DNA of 64,000 bases from Limnoglobus sp. (lineage in GTDB: Bacteria; Planctomycetota; Planctomycetia; Gemmatales; Gemmataceae). Below are positions 1-9,619 of this stretch, piece after piece. Where the stretch lies: NCBI GenBank assembly GCA_043785305.1, contig JAYVXI010000234.1, forward strand, positions 8,008 to 72,007, given 5' to 3'. The notes below the pieces were generated by a model. It was not told where the DNA came from. It saw only the letters and a program-made list of their open reading frames with translations, and searched no databases. Positions within the stretch are counted from its first letter, which is position 1. Each line of letters opens with the position of its first letter. The position numbers were made by a program, and so were the translations under genes.

Positions 1-29
1 CGCCGCGTAGCCAAAGGGTGCGGCCCCCT

Positions 30-131
30 CCCATGGTACCACCATGGGCTACGTGAGCGGTCCCTTCAGGACCGAAAAACAGAACCCGACACTGAAGGTG
101 TCGCTCTCTCAGCCCATGGTGAAACCATGGG
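30..131. repeat. Two hairpins with identical 8-bp stems, CCCATGGT-N3-ACCATGGG (30-48 and 113-131), inside a hairpin-dense non-coding tract
   Basis: Read directly: cccatggtaccaccatggg and cccatggtgaaaccatggg. A further stem cggtcc/ggaccg lies at 58-74. No ORF of 60 aa or more in 1-410. Confidence 0.75.
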
Positions 132-157
132 ACTGGGGCAATCACCCTCAAAAACCA

Positions 158-185
158 GTCGTGGCGAGTCTTCGAGACGCGACGC
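158..185. repeat. 28-nt interspersed repeat unit GTCGTGGCGAGTCTTCGAGACGCGACGC
   Basis: The exact reverse complement of this 28-mer occurs at 59303-59330. Flanking sequence (cccggaatga) is also similar at both loci. A related gtcgtg...cacgac hairpin lies at 221-246. Confidence 0.8.
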
Positions 186-353
186 AATAAGCCACAACGG
201 TCATTCCGGGCGCACGAACCGTCGTGTTTCGCAGACTCACCACGACCCTCAGTCGTTGCCGGTGGCAAACGCAGGCTAAAGACCTGCGGCTACCAAAATT
301 GGCAAGATACGGACTCTGCTACACAGGTTTGAACCATCCCCAAGAATGACTCC

Positions 354-410
354 GTTTCGCCGCGCCGCGTAGGCTCTGCGCAGCGAACCGTGGGGGCATG
401 TCGCGGCGGT
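354..410. repeat. GC-rich repeat unit related to the terminal repeat of the element at 56951-57074
   Basis: gtttcgccgcgccgcgtag (354-372) matches gtttagccgcgccgcgcag (56951-56969) at 17/19 positions. The window also opens with cgccgcgtag (1-10). It lies immediately 3' of the dehydrogenase gene stop at 411. Confidence 0.4.
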
Positions 411-1409
411 TTATGCACCCAGATGCTTGATGATTTCATCAGTAATCGTCTGGGTGTTGCCATTGCCTCCGAGGTCTTTGGTGAGGCCGTGACCGGCTTG
501 TAGCGTGCGGGCGACGGCGAGTTCGATACGGGCGGCGGCGGCGCGTTCGCCCACGTAATCGAGCATCATTGCCGCACTCCGAATCACCGCCGTCGGATTC
601 GCGATGCCTTGCCCCGCAATGTCTGGGGCGCTCCCGTGGACGGCTTCAAACACGGCGTATCGCGACCCCAGGTTTGCACCAGGCACGACGCCGAGGCCAC
701 CGACGAGGCCGGCGCACAAGTCCGAAATCACGTCGCCGAACAGGTTTTCCATCACCAGCACATCGAACGGCGACGGATCGAGCGCGAGTTCCAGACAGAG
801 ATTATCGATCGGCTTTTCGTCGAACGCGATGAACGGGTATTCCTCCGCCACCGCCCGCGCGCATTCGAGAAAGAGGCCATCCGAAAGCCGCATCACGTCG
901 GCTTTGTGGCAAAATGTGACGCGGTGCCGACCGGCCGTTCGCGCATAATCGAAGGCATAGCGAACGATCCGCTCGCAAGCGGGCTTCGTTATCACCCGTA
1001 GGCTTTCGATCACGCCGGGCACCACCTGATGTTCCAACCCCGCGTACAAGCCTTCGGTGTTTTCGCGCACGACGATCAGGTCGACCTTCTCATAGGGAAC
1101 TTTGACGCCGGGGATGGTCTTCACGGGCCGAACGCTGGCGTAAAGATCCAGCCCCTTCCGCAATCGCACGTTGATCGAGCGATAGCCTTTGCCCACCGGC
1201 GTGGTACACGGCCCCTTGAGCGCGACGCGATGTTGGCGAATGAGGTCGAGCGTGACTTCGGGGAGTGGGTCGCCGTGCGTCTCGGCCGCATCCAGCCCCG
1301 CTGCCGCACGCACCCAATCGACGTTGACCCCGGTGGCCGCCACCACCCGGCACGCTGCCGAAGTGACTTCCGGCCCAATACCATCGCCCTCGAGAAGCAC
1401 GATCTTCAT
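411..1409 (-). CDS. Isocitrate/homoisocitrate dehydrogenase subfamily of the isocitrate/isopropylmalate dehydrogenase family (NAD-type, about 333 aa)
   Basis: The in-frame start MKIVLLEGDGIGPEV at 1409 is preferred over the ORF start at 1517. Motifs: TTPVGKGYRSINVRLRKGLDLYASVRP, VRENTEGLY, HGSAPDIAGQGIANP. Confidence 0.85.
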   Translation of the reverse strand: MKIVLLEGDGIGPEVTSAACRVVAATGVNVDWVRAAAGLDAAETHGDPLPEVTLDLIRQHRVALKGPCTTPVGKGYRSINVRLRKGLDLYASVRPVKTIPGVKVPYEKVDLIVVRENTEGLYAGLEHQVVPGVIESLRVITKPACERIVRYAFDYARTAGRHRVTFCHKADVMRLSDGLFLECARAVAEEYPFIAFDEKPIDNLCLELALDPSPFDVLVMENLFGDVISDLCAGLVGGLGVVPGANLGSRYAVFEAVHGSAPDIAGQGIANPTAVIRSAAMMLDYVGERAAAARIELAVARTLQAGHGLTKDLGGNGNTQTITDEIIKHLGA

Positions 1410-1473
1410 ACCTACGACCTCACGCATGGAGTGATGACTTATCAGACTTCGAGCGGGGTGACTCGATACGTAT

Positions 1474-1500
1474 TTGTTAGCCCGACGCGCAAGCGAGGGG
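1474..1500. repeat. Interspersed repeat ttgttagcccgacgcgcaagcgagggg (family F1)
   Basis: An identical 27-mer is at 35888-35914. Variants lie at 59157, 59222 (same orientation) and 59332, 59360, 36152 (inverted). Confidence 0.85.
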
Positions 1501-1734
1501 AACCCGCGAAAAGGCACACGATAGCAGAAACGATAATAATCCTTAATCCCTCGCTAGCTAACGAAAATACATTGTAAGACCGGTAACGTGTCATTTCCGA
1601 CTGCGTGAAATATAGAGCCTATTACGCTGTTGCAGAAGTCGCAAGCGTTCGAGTGTCTCACAGTTGAGCTTGACCGGTTGTGAGGATGCGGTATTTCGGC
1701 GGCTTCGTCAGTCGTTCCTCGTGCGGAGGCGGTC

Positions 1735-2916
1735 ATGCGCTCGCAAAGTCTCGTTGGCATCGTCTTCGCAATGGCCTTTGGTGTGCCGAGTTTTGCCCAA
1801 AGCAGCCGCAGTTTGGCAACGGTAACGTCACCCGAAGTCGTCGTGCGAGCGTCGCCCAAGGTCGATGGGGCCGACACGGGGATGCTGTTCCGCGATACGA
1901 CGATCATCGTCGACCACCTCGAAGGCGACGACTGGGTAGCGATCCAACCGCCGCAAGGTTCGCTGAGTTGGGTGAACCATTTGTTCGTGGAAGTCGACAA
2001 AAACAAGCCGTTTCCGCAGAACGCCATCGTTTCTCATAGTGGCACGATCAAGCTCGCGGCCGGCAAGATTGGCATCAACAAACCGCTCGAAACGCGTAAA
2101 GCAACGATCCCCGATGGCAGTATCGTTCGCATTCTCGGTGCGGGTGTGAAATCCGAAGACGATCAGAGTATCTGGTATCCGATTCAGCCTCCCGCCGACG
2201 ATTTTCGCTACCTGCCCCGGTCGTCGATTCAACTCGCCGGCCCTGCAAAGGAAGGCTTCATCGTCAAATCACCAACGCCGACCGAAGGCGTGGCTCCGTG
2301 GATTTCGCCTGCCTCCGCATCGCTGCCTGCGACGCCACGAACGAACGGCAAACCCGCCGGTTGGCCGAACCACCCACTCTGGGTTCAAGCCGAACAAGCG
2401 TCGCAAAACAACGACTACGACAAAGCCGAACGGCTTTATTTTCAGCTGGCAAAAGAGATGAATGCCGCGAACGGCGATACCGATCTGGCGAACCTGTGTT
2501 ACTCGCGAATCCACACGTTACGCGAACGTCGCCGTCAGCCAATCGGCAAGGAAACCGGGGCTGCCTGGAACGCCGCAAAGGATCTGGTGGCAGCGCCCCG
2601 AACCGAGCCAAAAGCCGATTTGCCAAGGGAAAACGCACCGCGCCGCGAGGAGCCATCCGCACCGGCACCGAGTGCAAAGTCCGAATGGACGGGCACCGGT
2701 TTCTTGCGTATCGCCGCATTCAAAGTGAACGGGAAAGCCGTGTACGCACTCGACGACGATCGCGGCAAAACCAAGTTCTACGCCACATCCAGCCCGAACG
2801 TCGATCTCGAAAAGTACCTGCGAAAGACGGTCGACCTGTTCGGCACGGTGAGCTATCCTGCCGATCTGCGAAACATCGGCTTGATCAGCGTCACGCGAGC
2901 CGACACGGTGAAATAG
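1735..2916 (+). CDS. Secreted hypothetical protein (N-terminal signal peptide)
   Basis: ATG is preceded by ggagg at 1725-1729. N-terminus MRSQSLVGIVFAMAFGVPSFAQ looks like a signal peptide. 393 aa with non-repetitive composition. No family recognised with certainty. Confidence 0.6.
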   Translation: MRSQSLVGIVFAMAFGVPSFAQSSRSLATVTSPEVVVRASPKVDGADTGMLFRDTTIIVDHLEGDDWVAIQPPQGSLSWVNHLFVEVDKNKPFPQNAIVSHSGTIKLAAGKIGINKPLETRKATIPDGSIVRILGAGVKSEDDQSIWYPIQPPADDFRYLPRSSIQLAGPAKEGFIVKSPTPTEGVAPWISPASASLPATPRTNGKPAGWPNHPLWVQAEQASQNNDYDKAERLYFQLAKEMNAANGDTDLANLCYSRIHTLRERRRQPIGKETGAAWNAAKDLVAAPRTEPKADLPRENAPRREEPSAPAPSAKSEWTGTGFLRIAAFKVNGKAVYALDDDRGKTKFYATSSPNVDLEKYLRKTVDLFGTVSYPADLRNIGLISVTRADTVK

Positions 2917-4167
2917 CTATTTCCCCGCCAGCACGCCTGGCGCGGCGGTTTGGCTGTGATCTTTGCCGTTGTAAACGCCAAAATCGTTGAAGAACACGCG
3001 CTTGGCAATGCGGTACAACAGGTTCTTTTCCGGAACTTCGTTGCCCGGGTTGTACTGCGACGTTCGCACTTGCATCGCAGCCAACTCCGCAAGTGCGGTC
3101 TGGCGAGCGGTCACATCTTTCGCACCGTGCTTCTCGACGAGTGCTTTGAGCAAATCGGGGCGTTCCAGCACGATGCAGCCGCGCGTCGCTTCAGCCGCCA
3201 CGGCGCGGAACTCGCGTAAATAGTCGCTTTTCAGGAACTTTTCTTTCAGCGTGCGGCCATCTTCGGCGGTCGTGTGAATCGATTCCTTCGAGAATTGCAC
3301 GATCGGGCACGGCTCGATGTCGCCCCACGGGTTAATGTGGTGGCTAATGCCGGTAGCGGCCGGGCAGAGCGCCTGACCTTCGCCATCGTAGTAGGCGTCG
3401 ATGATGACAATCGGCTTTTTCGCACGCATTTCGACCACAAACTTGCGGGCTTGCATTGCCTGTTCGGGCGAGAGGCACAGGTCCGCATTTGGGTTCGGTC
3501 CCATCGGCCGATAGACGTGGAACCACGTGTAAAGCACGCCCATTTCGATGAGGCGATCGACCCAGACTTCGCGCAGCAGATCGTCGATGTTCGTCCGGCA
3601 CAACGAGGTGCAGACGCCGGTGAACACGCCATTATTCAGGCAGTGTTGCAGACCCTCCATCGTCTTCGACAGCACGCCGGTACGACCGCGGCGTTCGTCG
3701 GAGATAATCTCGGTGCCTTCGACGCTGATGAGTGGCGTGACGTTGCCGAGTTCGCGGATGCGCTTGGCACGTTCATCGGTAATGAAGTGGCCGTTGGTGA
3801 AAATCTGGAAGTAGCATTCGGGGAATTCGGCGAGCATATCGAGCAATTGCGGGTGCATGAACGGCTCGCCGCCGACGATGCCGAAGAACGAATTGCCCAT
3901 CTGTTTGGCTTCGCGGATGAGCTTCCGGAATGCGGGTGGGTCGATTGTCTTCTGTTTGTGCGCGACATCGACCCAACAGCCTTGGCAGCGGAGATTGCAC
4001 GAATTGATGATCGAGACATAGAGGAACGGAGGGAACACCTCGCCGCGTTTGAGCCGCGACTTGTGGCGAAGCACCGACATCCCGCCCTTGACACCCATGT
4101 TCCAGGCCAGTTTCCACAACAGGCGTTTATCGGCCTCGAACAGCATCCGCTTCGCCATCTTGAGCAT
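2917..4167 (-). CDS. Radical SAM enzyme, substrate unknown
   Basis: CNLRCQGC (CxxxCxxC) lies near the N-terminus, followed by GGEPFMHP. C-terminal Cys-containing region: CPAATGISHHINPWGDIEPCP. Start is ambiguous between GTG 4170, ATG 4167 and ATG 4158. Confidence 0.8.
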   Translation of the reverse strand: MLKMAKRMLFEADKRLLWKLAWNMGVKGGMSVLRHKSRLKRGEVFPPFLYVSIINSCNLRCQGCWVDVAHKQKTIDPPAFRKLIREAKQMGNSFFGIVGGEPFMHPQLLDMLAEFPECYFQIFTNGHFITDERAKRIRELGNVTPLISVEGTEIISDERRGRTGVLSKTMEGLQHCLNNGVFTGVCTSLCRTNIDDLLREVWVDRLIEMGVLYTWFHVYRPMGPNPNADLCLSPEQAMQARKFVVEMRAKKPIVIIDAYYDGEGQALCPAATGISHHINPWGDIEPCPIVQFSKESIHTTAEDGRTLKEKFLKSDYLREFRAVAAEATRGCIVLERPDLLKALVEKHGAKDVTARQTALAELAAMQVRTSQYNPGNEVPEKNLLYRIAKRVFFNDFGVYNGKDHSQTAAPGVLAGK

Positions 4168-4281
4168 CACGGCGGGGGGTCTCCAGTCGTATTCGGTATG
4201 ACGCTATTGTAGCGACCGAATTTCAGCGGCCAGCAAAACTCGAAACTGAGTTTTCAAACGATCTCAAACGGGCGTTGCCTC

Positions 4282-4306
4282 TGGCACGTAAAAAACGTGC
4301 CCCACG
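4282..4306. promoter_or_regulatory. 25-nt palindromic motif tggcacgtaaaaaacgtgccccacg (GGCACGT-A5-ACGTGCC)
   Basis: The exact same 25-mer is at 13581-13605. It lies about 115 nt upstream of the radical SAM start and 45 nt downstream of the PhyH stop. Confidence 0.45.
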
Positions 4307-4350
4307 ATGATAGCTTGTTGTGTACCGCGCCTTACTTTAGAGTTTGCCGA

Positions 4351-5226
4351 TCACCGAAAGTTGTCGGTTGGCGAAAGCGGTGCTTCCAAAACTCTGGCGC
4401 TACGATCCTTGTTGTCGTCGAGCCATGCCACATTACCCGAGTCGGCGAAGCGCTTGATGCCGACTCGCAAGATGGCGTCGTCGGGGACGACGTTCAACGG
4501 CGTGTAACGCGGGTGATGGCTTTCTTTGTACGGGTTGTTTCGGGCGGCGTTGTAGCAACAAATCATCGACCAGCGTGGGTTTTCTGAACTGTTTTGGTCG
4601 CTGCGATGCAATAAGTTTGCGTGGAAGAACAGCGCATCGCCCGGGTCCATTTCGACGTGAACGAGCGGGAAATGTTCGGGTCGCTTCAGCAGTTCCTCGA
4701 CGCGCTCCCGGTCCGCACCCGCTTGTTCGCCGGTGAGGGTATGGTGGATTCGCCCGCACTCGTGGGATCGCGCGACCACTTGCAAACAGCCATTTTGCAT
4801 CGTACTCGGATCGACCGCGATGAAGGCACTCACCAGCAGCGGTTGCAGCACGCCGTTCTGATACCAGTAGCCATAATCTTGGTGCCACGCCCACGCGCCA
4901 CCGATCTTGGCGTCCTTCAAGATCATCTTCGAGTGGTAGTGGTAAACTTCGCCGCCGAGTAGCTTTTCGCAACTGCGCACCATGCGTTCGCAGCGTGCAA
5001 ACATACCGTAAATTCCATCGCCGGGGTGGTTCCAAAGCGATAACCGGACGACGCCCCCTTCGCCATCGGCACGACCGAAACTGCGTTTGTCCAGTTCGCG
5101 ATCTTCCTTGGCAGCACGGCTGAGTAACGCGATTTCGTCGGGGGTATAAAACCCCTTGACCAAGGTGTAACCGAGCGAATGGAATTCGCGAACGGCATCG
5201 TCGGAAAGCGGCGGCATGAGAGCCAT
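4351..5226 (-). CDS. Phytanoyl-CoA dioxygenase (PhyH) family Fe(II)/2-oxoglutarate dioxygenase
   Basis: WHQDYGYW and FFHANLLHRSDQN motifs are typical of PhyH-family proteins. 291 aa. Start is 2 nt after the upstream gene stop. Confidence 0.8.
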   Translation of the reverse strand: MALMPPLSDDAVREFHSLGYTLVKGFYTPDEIALLSRAAKEDRELDKRSFGRADGEGGVVRLSLWNHPGDGIYGMFARCERMVRSCEKLLGGEVYHYHSKMILKDAKIGGAWAWHQDYGYWYQNGVLQPLLVSAFIAVDPSTMQNGCLQVVARSHECGRIHHTLTGEQAGADRERVEELLKRPEHFPLVHVEMDPGDALFFHANLLHRSDQNSSENPRWSMICCYNAARNNPYKESHHPRYTPLNVVPDDAILRVGIKRFADSGNVAWLDDNKDRSARVLEAPLSPTDNFR

Positions 5227-5228
5227 CC

Positions 5229-7004
5229 TTAACCCATTACTTTTACGCCGAGGCGTTTCTGAATGGCGAGGATTGTATCGATGATAGTGCTGCGGGCTGT
5301 AATGTTGGTCGTTTTCTGTAGTACGGCGAGGGCTTTCGCTCCGCCGTGGGTTTTAAGCACGTCGTGCGTAGTCGTAATCACGTCCCAATTTTCGGAGCGA
5401 AGGTACGGCAAAACAGCGTCCTCGGCAGTAGTTCCGCCGATCAGTAACAGCGTTTCCTTTACGACCGAGCGATCGTCTTTGACGATCATCTGCGCGGCGA
5501 CGGCCTTGGCGACAGCGATATCATTCCAGCGAGATGCGAGCTTGATCGCCTCGTGACGTTCGATCTCGCCTTCGGCCGCAATCGTTTTGATGACGTCGGG
5601 TTTTGCATCGTCGCCCGCCCAGTTGACGAGGTTCCTCAGTGCCAAGGCGCGAACGTCATTGCTTGAATGACTGAGGTGGTTCCGAAATTTCGCCAACAGT
5701 GCGGCTTTATAGTCGACTGCGTCCGTCATCTGCTGTGCAGTCTGTTCGGACAACGATTGCAGTGTGTCGATCAACGTGGCTGTGTTATTCTCGCGTTCGG
5801 CTTCCTTCAAGCGATTCAGCGGTGTTCGGAGCGTTTCCTTCGCCACTTGAGGCGACTCGTTTTCCATGCCGATCGCGGCGTAAATCGACGGCTGCACCTG
5901 TGGCCCAATCACGTACAGTAGCAGTAAGGCCAAACCGGTGATCGCGAAACGCACGGGACGATACCCCTGGAACGGACTTGGCTCGATGGCGCGGCAAATC
6001 CAAACCGGTGGCAGCAGTGTGGTTACGCCGCGCATCGTATTGCGATGGCCTGCCAGGTACGCGATCCAGAAGTAGCCGACGAGGATTTCAAAAACCGCGA
6101 TCAGCGCGACGTACTTCAGCGGATCGAGCATGTTCGCCATCATGCAAAATAGCCACAAACTGATGGCGATGGCTGTCAGAATGATCCACATTCCCGTCGA
6201 AAGCCGCAAATCGCTCGGCGGTTCTGGTGGCGGTTTCATCCGCATCGTCAAAGCGGCGGTCAGGTCGGCGGCGATGTCGGCCGATTCGACGTCGGTTGGG
6301 TTGAACACGACCATGCCGTTGGCGATCGCATCGCTGCGAGTGGGGTACGAACTGCGTACGGAAGCGGCTGGGCGGGCGGTTGCCATTGGCGGCGGTGTTT
6401 GCGTTACAGCCGGTGGTGGAAAGTAGTTCGGCATCGGCTGAAACGCGACCGGAGGTTGCGGAAACCTCGGGATCGACGGGACTTCGGGCAACGGAGTGGA
6501 AGTCGGAATCGAGTCGGTAACGTGCTGCGGTTCGTCGTATGCCATCGCTGGAAACGTCGCCAATGGCACGGCGGATGGCGCGTGTTCCATGTGGGGAATT
6601 GGGATCAAATCGATCAGCGGCGCGGCGTCGAAATGTTCCTGTTCCGGGCCGAAACTGCTTAAATCTGCGCCGGAATCGATGTCCGATGGCGAGTAGTTCG
6701 GTACGATCGGCACCCACGAATTGTCGATGGCCGAGGCCGCTATTCGTATCGGTGGTAACAAGTCCGGCATCGGCGTTCGCGGCGACGGCGCTTCGACCGA
6801 ATCGTCGTCGGCCACAGGCATGAGGCTAATCGGCACTTCGTCGGGATCGATCTCATCCGCAGAATCCAGCGGCTCAGGCAGTGGCACGTTCAGGCGAGGT
6901 ATCACAATGGGCTTCAAACACTTCGGGCAAATCGTGCGTTGGCCCACCCGCTCCGGCGATGCGAGTAGACGCTGGTTGCATATCGGGCACGGATAGCCAA
7001 ACAT
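5229..7004 (-). CDS. Zinc-ribbon / proline-rich / polytopic membrane protein with C-terminal HEAT-like repeats
   Basis: N-terminus CPICNQRLLASPERVGQRTICPKC. A long P-rich linker, hydrophobic segments (WIILTAIAISLWLFCMM, ALIAVFEILVGYFWIAYL) and a helical repeat tail follow. Confidence 0.65.
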   Translation of the reverse strand: MFGYPCPICNQRLLASPERVGQRTICPKCLKPIVIPRLNVPLPEPLDSADEIDPDEVPISLMPVADDDSVEAPSPRTPMPDLLPPIRIAASAIDNSWVPIVPNYSPSDIDSGADLSSFGPEQEHFDAAPLIDLIPIPHMEHAPSAVPLATFPAMAYDEPQHVTDSIPTSTPLPEVPSIPRFPQPPVAFQPMPNYFPPPAVTQTPPPMATARPAASVRSSYPTRSDAIANGMVVFNPTDVESADIAADLTAALTMRMKPPPEPPSDLRLSTGMWIILTAIAISLWLFCMMANMLDPLKYVALIAVFEILVGYFWIAYLAGHRNTMRGVTTLLPPVWICRAIEPSPFQGYRPVRFAITGLALLLLYVIGPQVQPSIYAAIGMENESPQVAKETLRTPLNRLKEAERENNTATLIDTLQSLSEQTAQQMTDAVDYKAALLAKFRNHLSHSSNDVRALALRNLVNWAGDDAKPDVIKTIAAEGEIERHEAIKLASRWNDIAVAKAVAAQMIVKDDRSVVKETLLLIGGTTAEDAVLPYLRSENWDVITTTHDVLKTHGGAKALAVLQKTTNITARSTIIDTILAIQKRLGVKVMG

Positions 7005-7063
7005 AATGAGCCTCGTGGCGGTCGGATCGTGCGTTCGGTACGCATCTATACCTTATGGCACGA

Positions 7064-7621
7064 TTAGTCCCCGTGCAAACGCCTCAGGCGTGGCGATAAT
7101 CGAAGAATGGCTTGAACGCGCTCGCTTTGATCGAGCCAATCCTGCACAACGCCTGCAAAATGAGCGTTTGCCGTCACGATTCCACTGCCGCACGATTCGC
7201 CGGATAGGGTTTGGATCAGCATCCGGTACGCCGTCAAAGTTCGTTCGCCGAAACGCGCAACCTCTTGCCCATCCTCGCTATAGAACACCGCCACAGGTAC
7301 GCGGTTGCCGCCATTAATTTGCAGTTCCTTCTGCGCTTCCGGATAGGCATCGCGGTCCAGATAGCGAACCTTTAACGATGGCGCAAGCTCGGCAAACTTC
7401 TCGAGTATCGGGCATTGCGAAGCACAGTCACCGCACCATGCACCCGCCAAAACCAACACGTGCGTTTCGCGTGTAAACGTCTTCAGAGTCAGCGTTTGTG
7501 CCTCGGTGAGGGCCACTAAACTCTTCGTGAGATCCCAACGCGGCTTGTCCTTTGAAGTGCCGAACTTCGCGAAGAAGTCTGCATAAGGTAAGGCATCGGC
7601 AAAGTGCGAATACGGCAGCAT
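7064..7621 (-). CDS. Thioredoxin-fold protein
   Basis: [16 protein letters not shown] contains a WCxxC redox motif. 185 aa. Confidence 0.75.
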   Translation of the reverse strand: MLPYSHFADALPYADFFAKFGTSKDKPRWDLTKSLVALTEAQTLTLKTFTRETHVLVLAGAWCGDCASQCPILEKFAELAPSLKVRYLDRDAYPEAQKELQINGGNRVPVAVFYSEDGQEVARFGERTLTAYRMLIQTLSGESCGSGIVTANAHFAGVVQDWLDQSERVQAILRLSPRLRRLHGD

Positions 7622-7857
7622 CGGTGGCCATCTCCCAAGTAGTCACGAGGATCGTTTTTGTCAGTTTATTCACAATTGCAAAAGTTATCCACACGTTTTC
7701 TGTTCGACTAAAAAGGATCAAAATGGAAGGCGGAAGTCAATTGGACGATCGACGAGGCTCCAAACGCATACCGGATCACTCGATCCAGCTCCGCCGCGTG
7801 TTCAAACGTTTCTCATGGTTGGTGGGGCGTTCTGCGAGATTCTGCACAAGTGTATAT

Positions 7858-7942
<85 letters not shown>

Positions 7943-8089
7943 GTTCGACGCTTCCATTCTAATGCGCGGGCAAGGGGCATTCGATGGCATTCGATGCCAC
8001 GTCACAACTCGGCCTTTCGCGGTTTGGGGGTTTGTGGTAAATCTTGCATAGCTCGACGTGCCGATTCATCGAATAGCGAGACGTGATCC

Positions 8090-9589
8090 GTGTATAAACT
8101 CATTCTCTGTATGCGCTACTTGCGGACGCGATACCTCGCGTTCGTCTGTATCGTCAGCGTTATGCTCGGCGTGGCCACGCTCATCGTCGTCAACAGCGTC
8201 ATGAGTGGCTTCTCGAACAAGCTCCGCGACCGATTGCACGGTGTGCTTTCGGACGTTATTCTCGACACTGATAACTTCGCGGGCTTTCGCGAACCACCCG
8301 ATGAAATTGCAAAACGCATCCTGGCATCGCCGGCGGGGCCGCACATCGAAGTGATGGCCCCGACGGTCGAAGTCGTGGCAACGATCCAGTTCCAGTTTCG
8401 CGGTATGAACGTCGTGAAACCGGTGAAACTAACCGGCGTGAATGCCGATGTGCAATCGAAAGTCGGCGGGTTCGGGCAGTTTATCTCCGGGCAGAAACAT
8501 CTGGCGGTTCCGTCATTCGATTTGTCTCCCGAAGCGTTGCGTCGGTTCGCGCGAAACATCGACGAAAACGCGGGCCTCGACGAGATTATGCGCGGCAAGG
8601 CAACCCTCGAAGCCGAGAAGCCAAACGAGTCGGACTTCCTCGGTAGTGGGCCGCGGATTCAAGCGCCGATCGATGTGCCGACAAATTTTCCCGCACCCGA
8701 TTTGCCTCAATTTGAAGCCCCGAAACCGATTGGTATCTTCGTCGGTCACTCGCTCGCTCACTTCCGCTACAAGAACCCCGAGACGGGGCTGACGGAGGAA
8801 ATCGCGGCACTGAAGCCTGGCGATAGTGTACTGGTGGCGACGCTCGCCGCCGATGAAATGCGGCCGGTCTGGGGTACGTTCGTCGTCGCGGATTACTTCA
8901 AATCCGACATGAGCGAGTACGACAGCCAGTTCGTGTATATGTCGCTCCCGGACCTCCAGCGGTTGCGGCGGATGGGCGACCGCGTGTCGCATATGCAGAT
9001 TAAATTAAAGGAAGCGACGCCGAAGAGTTTCACGTTCGTGAAGGCAAACGTAACCGATGAAATTCAGAAGCTGTTCCGGCCGTACGAAGTGCGGGCCGCC
9101 ACATGGGAAGAGCATCAAGGCCCGCTTCTGGCGGCGATCGACGTCGAACGCGGCATCCTGAACTTGCTGTTGTTCATGATCGTCGGCGTAGCGGGATTCA
9201 GCATCTTGGCAATCTTTACGATGATCGTGTCCGAGAAAATTCGCGACATCGGCATCATGAAATCGCTCGGGGCATCGAGCCGTGGCGTCATGGGAATCTT
9301 CGTCTGGTATGCGGTGCTGCTCGGCTTCGTCGGCTGTTCGCTCGGCACCGTTCTCGGCCTCGGCATCACGTACAACATCAACGCCATCGAGAAGGGAATC
9401 ACCGTGCTCACCGGTGCCGAACTCTTCCCGCGCGACATTTATTACTTCGACAAAATCCCGACGAACGTCGAATCGCTGACGGTGATCCTCGTCAACATCG
9501 GGGCGATGTCGATTGCCATCGCTTCGAGCCTGATACCCGCCTACCGTGCCGCACGCCTGCGACCGATCCAGGCACTGCGCTTCGAGTAA
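8090..9589 (+). CDS. FtsX-family ABC permease, LolC/LolE-like
   Basis: N-terminus LILCMRYLRTRYLAFVCIVSVMLGVATLIVVNSVMSGF resembles the LolC/E N-terminus. Large periplasmic loop and C-terminal FtsX TM bundle. GTG start; alternative ATG at 8111. Confidence 0.8.
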   Translation: MYKLILCMRYLRTRYLAFVCIVSVMLGVATLIVVNSVMSGFSNKLRDRLHGVLSDVILDTDNFAGFREPPDEIAKRILASPAGPHIEVMAPTVEVVATIQFQFRGMNVVKPVKLTGVNADVQSKVGGFGQFISGQKHLAVPSFDLSPEALRRFARNIDENAGLDEIMRGKATLEAEKPNESDFLGSGPRIQAPIDVPTNFPAPDLPQFEAPKPIGIFVGHSLAHFRYKNPETGLTEEIAALKPGDSVLVATLAADEMRPVWGTFVVADYFKSDMSEYDSQFVYMSLPDLQRLRRMGDRVSHMQIKLKEATPKSFTFVKANVTDEIQKLFRPYEVRAATWEEHQGPLLAAIDVERGILNLLLFMIVGVAGFSILAIFTMIVSEKIRDIGIMKSLGASSRGVMGIFVWYAVLLGFVGCSLGTVLGLGITYNINAIEKGITVLTGAELFPRDIYYFDKIPTNVESLTVILVNIGAMSIAIASSLIPAYRAARLRPIQALRFE

Positions 9590-9619
9590 TCTCACACAAT
9601 AGCCCAATGGGAGACGCGG

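Noticed and set aside
79-88. acagaacccg, resembling the conserved 3' strand of helix P4 of bacterial RNase P RNA; aagggtgcgg at 13-22 also resembles an RNase P segment
   Set aside because: The following bases (acactgaagg) do not match the conserved GGCUUA continuation, no complementary P4 5' strand is available, and surrounding hairpins match local repeat families. A covariance-model scan would settle it.
7976-7995. Tandem 10-mer ggcattcgat x2 upstream of the tRNA-Ser gene
   Set aside because: There are only two short units with no further copies noticed. It cannot be distinguished from chance or a minor promoter-proximal duplication.
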